Part shown: positions 62,303 to 64,000 of the stretch, one piece after another
Layout: the number at the start of each line of letters is the position of its first letter
Position numbering within the stretch: the first letter of the stretch is position 1
Source: Macrostomum lignano
Taxonomy: Eukaryota
DNA length: 64,000 nt
Direction: 5' to 3'
Assembly: GCA_002269645.1 (NCBI GenBank)
Contig: NIVC01001967.1
Span: 62,001-126,000 of the forward strand
Notes under the pieces: model-generated
The model's input: the letters and a program-made list of their open reading frames with translations, nothing else
Database searches by the model: none
Told to the model about the DNA's origin: nothing
Made by a program: the position numbers and the translations under genes

Positions 62303-63625
62303 CTACCTAGGATCCAGGGAGAAGACAACCGCAGCATTCTTCAGCTGTTTCAGGGTCCTCACCAGAGCAGTCGTCCAGTAACACTCGTCGTACTCAATCC
62401 CGAGTCGAGCGCACACAGCCTTTATGTGTTTGCTCGCTTCCCTGAACCGGTGTCTTGGCATCAGCGGGAACAGGTGGTGCTCGATGTGGAAGTTCAGCCC
62501 GCCATGAAACCAGTCCATCCACACGGGGTTCTTTATGTTGATGTTGCACTCAACCTGCATTCGGTACCAGTTGGTCTCCTCGCAGACCTCCTTGCGCTCG
62601 TAGAAAGGCTTGCAGTAGTGATTTACCAATAGCTGGACATGGAGAATTCCTTCGAGCATCGACGCCAAAGAGTAAGTTACAAACACTTGAGTCCAAGTTG
62701 GAAGTTGGCACAAGAGAACGCTCACCCAGATAATGTGCAAAATCAGAGCCAGCCACACAATAGGTCTTCTTTCACTCACAATTGCTGCTATAACGATGTA
62801 TGGTCTTCCCACAATGATGCAGATGGGAAGGAACGTCCAATGCTGAATTGCAATCAGCGCGCGCTGCAGTCTCGTTGTAAAGAATGGGAACAGCTTTTTG
62901 TTTTGCGCCCACGATTCCTCTTTCATCTGCGGGTCGAAAAACCCATTCTCATAGTCGACCGTATTGGTGAGTGCGTGGTGGACGTAGTGCTCTTCCTGCC
63001 ACCAGAAGCTGTTGATGCCCACACCGAGCGTTCCACACGCGAGGCCGATCCAGTTGTCAATCTTGCGCTCGTGGAAGCCTTGGCTGTGCATGAAGTCGTG
63101 CATGAAGAATCCGCATTGCTGCCAAAACAGAGCGAGGCTGCAGCTGGCCAGACAGTGCCAGTACCAAGAGCTGCAGCCCACAACCAGAAACAACGTGAGA
63201 GCCAACAAAGAGGCTGCAAACGCCATCTTGCCGGCATACCACACTGCACTGGTTTGAAAGAAGCCCTGCTTGATGAAGAACTGGTGCAGCTCTGCGAACG
63301 CCTCAGCGGCAGGGTCGTCTTCGCTCAGTCTGTAGGTGGCTACAGGCCGCATGTGTTTGAGCACATCCTTGGTATGCAGCCCTTTGAACACGGGAGTAGC
63401 GTCTTTGCCAACAAACTGAGCAATCACAGAGCCGCCTGGGTGGTGCGGGATGAATTTGGAAATGTCGTACCATCCACCGTTGATTCCGATGAGCTTGGCA
63501 GTCGGATGGGAACTCATGTAAGCCTTGTACGCTTCGGTCCTCGTTGGAAGAATAAACTTTTTTGATTTTCGGTCTCTACAGACGCTTTGCGGCTCTGGAT
63601 AACCTCCGGAATCTCCATTGTCCAT
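62303..63625 (-). CDS. Cytochrome b5-fused membrane fatty-acid/sphingolipid desaturase, intronless, 440 aa
   Basis: b5 motif HPGG; His boxes HDFMH, HYVHH and HIEHH (WMDWFHGGLNFHIEHHLFPLMPRH). Confidence 0.93.
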   Translation of the reverse strand: MDNGDSGGYPEPQSVCRDRKSKKFILPTRTEAYKAYMSSHPTAKLIGINGGWYDISKFIPHHPGGSVIAQFVGKDATPVFKGLHTKDVLKHMRPVATYRLSEDDPAAEAFAELHQFFIKQGFFQTSAVWYAGKMAFAASLLALTLFLVVGCSSWYWHCLASCSLALFWQQCGFFMHDFMHSQGFHERKIDNWIGLACGTLGVGINSFWWQEEHYVHHALTNTVDYENGFFDPQMKEESWAQNKKLFPFFTTRLQRALIAIQHWTFLPICIIVGRPYIVIAAIVSERRPIVWLALILHIIWVSVLLCQLPTWTQVFVTYSLASMLEGILHVQLLVNHYCKPFYERKEVCEETNWYRMQVECNINIKNPVWMDWFHGGLNFHIEHHLFPLMPRHRFREASKHIKAVCARLGIEYDECYWTTALVRTLKQLKNAAVVFSLDPR

Positions 63626-64000
63626 TTTGGATCTTGTGTCACTTCTGCCCGTAAGCTATCTGGATATTTCTCAAGCAACGTTCGGTGAGAGTTTAGTGTA
63701 GATGCAGTCTAAAATAATTTTCGCATGAACTAATTTTAGTTCTGGCAAAAAGGAAATAATTTCTTAGCCGTGAATTTATAGAAATAATAGGTGCATATGT
63801 CACGGCCATAGACTTCGTGGGTTTATTAGCTCGACATTTGCGAGTAACCCATGCAAGGACAGCTTAATAAATCAGGACTGAAAAAGAGACAAAAATAAGA
63901 ACTACGCACCATGCGATCATAATATTGCTTTTGTCAAGTTAAGTTAAGTTTGTCAAGCCAAGTTAAGTATTCCCATTTGGTAGCAGTAGATTTGATCTTA

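Overview
Eukaryotic (animal) genomic DNA with spliceosomal GT-AG introns, GC-rich exons, AT-rich intergenic DNA and many locus-specific minisatellites. The style, including a TTAGGG tract, is compatible with a flatworm such as Macrostomum, but that is inference only. Seven host genes can be built by hand: Lhx2/9 (apterous) LIM-homeobox (+), an 11-exon NCKX/SLC24 exchanger (+), a MIER-like ELM2-SANT gene (-, one-base frameshift), TMEM203 (-), KDEL receptor (-), a Csk-like tyrosine kinase (+) and a cytochrome-b5-fused desaturase (-). The most striking structure is an 8.0 kb foldback DNA transposon (44043-52080) with a Mutator/NOF-like transposase. Its 2.5 kb and 2.8 kb inverted arms include the upstream region and first 198 codons of the transposase. 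It therefore carries an inverted copy able to encode a 206-aa zinc-finger-only protein and to form long dsRNA, and it also holds a USP-protease-like remnant. Other mobile elements are a MULE-type non-autonomous element with a 9-bp TSD, three hAT MITEs with 8-bp TSDs, a deleted Tc1 element and a 96-bp Tc1-type MITE. All calls come from reading the sequence; no database searches or alignments were run.
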